A DNA stretch of 63,149 nucleotides, filler included, from Octopus bimaculoides (taxonomy: Eukaryota), in NCBI RefSeq assembly GCF_001194135.2. It is 4 parts of 3 records of this genome, joined end to end, with 100 filler letters (N's around TTAATTAATTAA, not from the genome) between each part and the next. Parts side by side here need not be neighbours in the genome. Positions count along the whole stretch, not along the records: positions 60,820 to 63,149 come from NC_068983.1; 3 more parts are not named here. One strand, given 5' to 3'. Position 1 is the stretch's first letter. Every line of letters begins with the position of its first letter. Positions 60,820 to 63,149 of the stretch are shown here, in pieces. A program made the translations under genes and the position numbers. Below the pieces are notes generated by a model. The model saw nothing but the letters and a program-made list of their open reading frames with translations, was not told the DNA's origin and made no database searches.

Positions 60820-62450
60820 GGACGTCTTGAAATTATCCATGGTAGTTCCCGACTGGAAAGTCCTCCGGTACAGACTAGCCAGTTCGTTTTCGTCGATGCT
60901 TAGAGTCTTCTCAAGAGCGTCATTGCATTTCCCCACCACCAATTCACCATAAATTGTTTAAAGCAGAACATCCACCGATCCCATTGCATGGCTGGTAGAG
61001 GGCTGTGAGTGCCTGACGACATTCTCGGTGCCAGGCGCACAGTCTCGGTCATTTCTTCACTCAGCATTGCAGCTCCGTCAAGGAAACGAGCTGCGGTAAG
61101 ACGTGCCTCACAAACGGCGCCCATACACGCTCACTGTCCAAACCTAGTTGCAGTTGGCGCAACCTAACAGCATGTCTGCGTACTAGAAGCCACAGCATAG
61201 CTATCCGCCATTCAGAGGGTGCTGGCAGCAAACTGACCGTCTGATCATTGGAACGCGTCCCTTCCACAAGAAATTGGATAAGAGATGCTTCAACCTGGTC
61301 AAGCAGTAACCGGGGCAAGTCACGACGGCCAGGCAATAAACGATAACGGAGGCGATGTAGTCATTCACCACCTCTGTGCGACCTTTCAGGGACGACTTCC
61401 TCTCAGCCCATTTCTAGGTAAGACTGGCCACCCTGTCCGTCACTTCTCCCCAGTTCTTACCTATCTGGAAATCAGGACCAAACGAGACCCTTGGCAGTTT
61501 AACTGGTCCGACAGTCCAGCATCCGATGGCATCGACCTACCTCTCCAGGAGCCCAGCCGCAAATCCACCGATTTGTCGGCAGTGATTTTAGCTTCTGCAG
61601 CCGACTCATATTCCTCGAGAATGGTGCCGACCGTCTCCACTTCGGAGGCGTCCGACACCATGATGGTGACGTCATTCGCGTATGCCGACACTGACCTTCC
61701 GTGCCCCACTTCGAAAGCGATGCCCCTTAACTGTTCCAACTTCGGCAGCAGTCGTGGTTCTAGCGCCAATACGTACAGAAGAGGCGACAGCAGGCAGCCT
61801 TAACGTACGGAGTGTACGATGCTAAACGTTTCTAATAGGTGGCCGTTTACTTTGACTACCAAGTAGGTGCCGCTGTACATTGCAGCGATCAAGCCTCTGA
61901 AAACGGGTCTAAAACTGTCTGCCTTCATGATGGCTTCCAAGCAGTAGGAGTCGAGACCTGTTCGGGATTGTGCACGTTTGCGCTTCTCCGACCAGGCTAC
62001 CGACAAGAGCCAAACTTTTCGCTAACACCTTAGTGACTGTTATCGGCTTTTCACATAACCTCGCCTCGGTTCCTGAGAGCCACAGCGGCCGTCCAGGTAC
62101 AAAATAAAGTCTACTACCGTCGTCGACTCATTGTCCTCTACAAGCAGTCACATGAAGTGCTGCTGGAAAGCCGCACACATCTGCTCGGAGCCGAGTAGTA
62201 CGCACCCGTCCCGACCCGTCAAAGACCAGATCGTGGATTTGTTTCCACGTCAAGTCTCCACCGTTCGGGCCCGTCGGATAGCTTTAGTTATTTCGTGTTT
62301 GAGGGCACGGACCTTAACTCTGACTACCGCAGTCTTCGTGTTTCGCTTGGAAGGGCCATTTTTCGCCGCTAACAAATCAGTCGCGATGTCCTTACCAATC
62401 ACCTCTTCTACTTTTCGGCAAACCATCGGTCCACACCACCAATACCTTTA
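60820..62450 (-). mobile_element. L1/Tx1-clade LINE RT fragment
   Basis: YLEAIMKADSFRPVFRGLIAAMYSG, SVRQGCLLSPLLYVLALEP, SAYANDVTIMVSD, YESAAEAKI..DKS; frameshifted. Confidence 0.88.
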
Positions 62451-62934
62451 GCATTACAATCATTGTCATTATCAATACTCAGCTAACAGTTCCTTACCGC
62501 GTACATTCGCCAAACATCCTGCACACGTATTGTAACCACTATTCACAGCGACACAACTTCAATAATTACCATCGTGGATAAGAACATTGACCACCAACAC
62601 CACCATCAACACCACTGCCACCACCACCACTTCCAAATTCCAACTAACATCTCTATCACAAGCCAATAGCTACTCTATATTAACAATCACTATACCCACG
62701 TCCTCTCCTTCAGATATTACTACGACCACTTCTACGAAGTTGCTAAAAATAGCAGCTAAATATTCTTCAAATTAATAACCTAATTCTTGAAAAACTGAAG
62801 GATTGACCCGCTATATAAGGTATACCTAGATAACGTTAAAAAGAATGGTCAACCTCCTAGACACGGCAGCCGAATATCCCCCAAATTAAGCGTTCACTTC
62901 TTGAAAAAAGTGCAAGACACATTAGATAATGTAC

Positions 62935-63118
62935 TACTACTCTTTTACTCTTTTACTTGTTTCAGTCATTTGACTGCGGCCATGCTGGAGCACCACCTTT
63001 AGTCGAGCAAATCGACCCCAGGACTTATTCTTTGGATGCCTAGTACTTATTCTATCGGTCTCTTTTGCCGAACCGCTAAGATACAGGGACCTAAACACAG
63101 ACACACACACACACACAC

Positions 63119-63149
<31 letters not shown>
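62935..63149 (-). mobile_element. 3' half of a SINE family B copy, running off the window
   Basis: tactcttttactcttttacttgtttcagtcatttgactgcggccatgctggagcacc... Confidence 0.88.

Noticed and set aside
62440-62790. Thr-rich mucin-like ORF 62587-62775
   Set aside because: Decayed (CAC/CAA)n low-complexity DNA at a LINE edge, with no splice or signal evidence.

Overview
AT-rich, repeat-saturated eukaryotic genomic DNA with assembly gaps. The SINE, Penelope and microsatellite content points to an octopod cephalopod (inference from repeat style, not a database result). The window holds no intact long ORF. Host coding content: three phase-1 symmetrical exons on + (49017-49115, 52796-52900, 55781-55924) encoding two four-cysteine LDL-receptor class A repeats and a Cys-rich EB/EGF-like module, plus weaker candidate exons of a minus-strand gene. 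The rest is decayed transposons: hAT/Buster, mariner, Tc1, MITEs, Helitrons, R4/RTE/CR1/Tx1/CRE-like LINEs, three tRNA-SINE families and several Penelope-like elements (PLEs). Best leads: (i) six minimal type I hammerhead-ribozyme (HHR) motifs, including an A6U-core variant in two copies and a tRNA-headed, HHR-carrying SINE-like element; (ii) a Naiad-type PLE whose GIY-YIG motif is split by an originally in-frame ~197-codon acidic tandem-repeat insert; (iii) the LDLa repeats lacking the C4-C6 disulfide; (iv) a foldback element with microsatellite-containing ~210-bp TIRs and an 8-bp TSD. All family assignments are by motif recognition; no searches were run.
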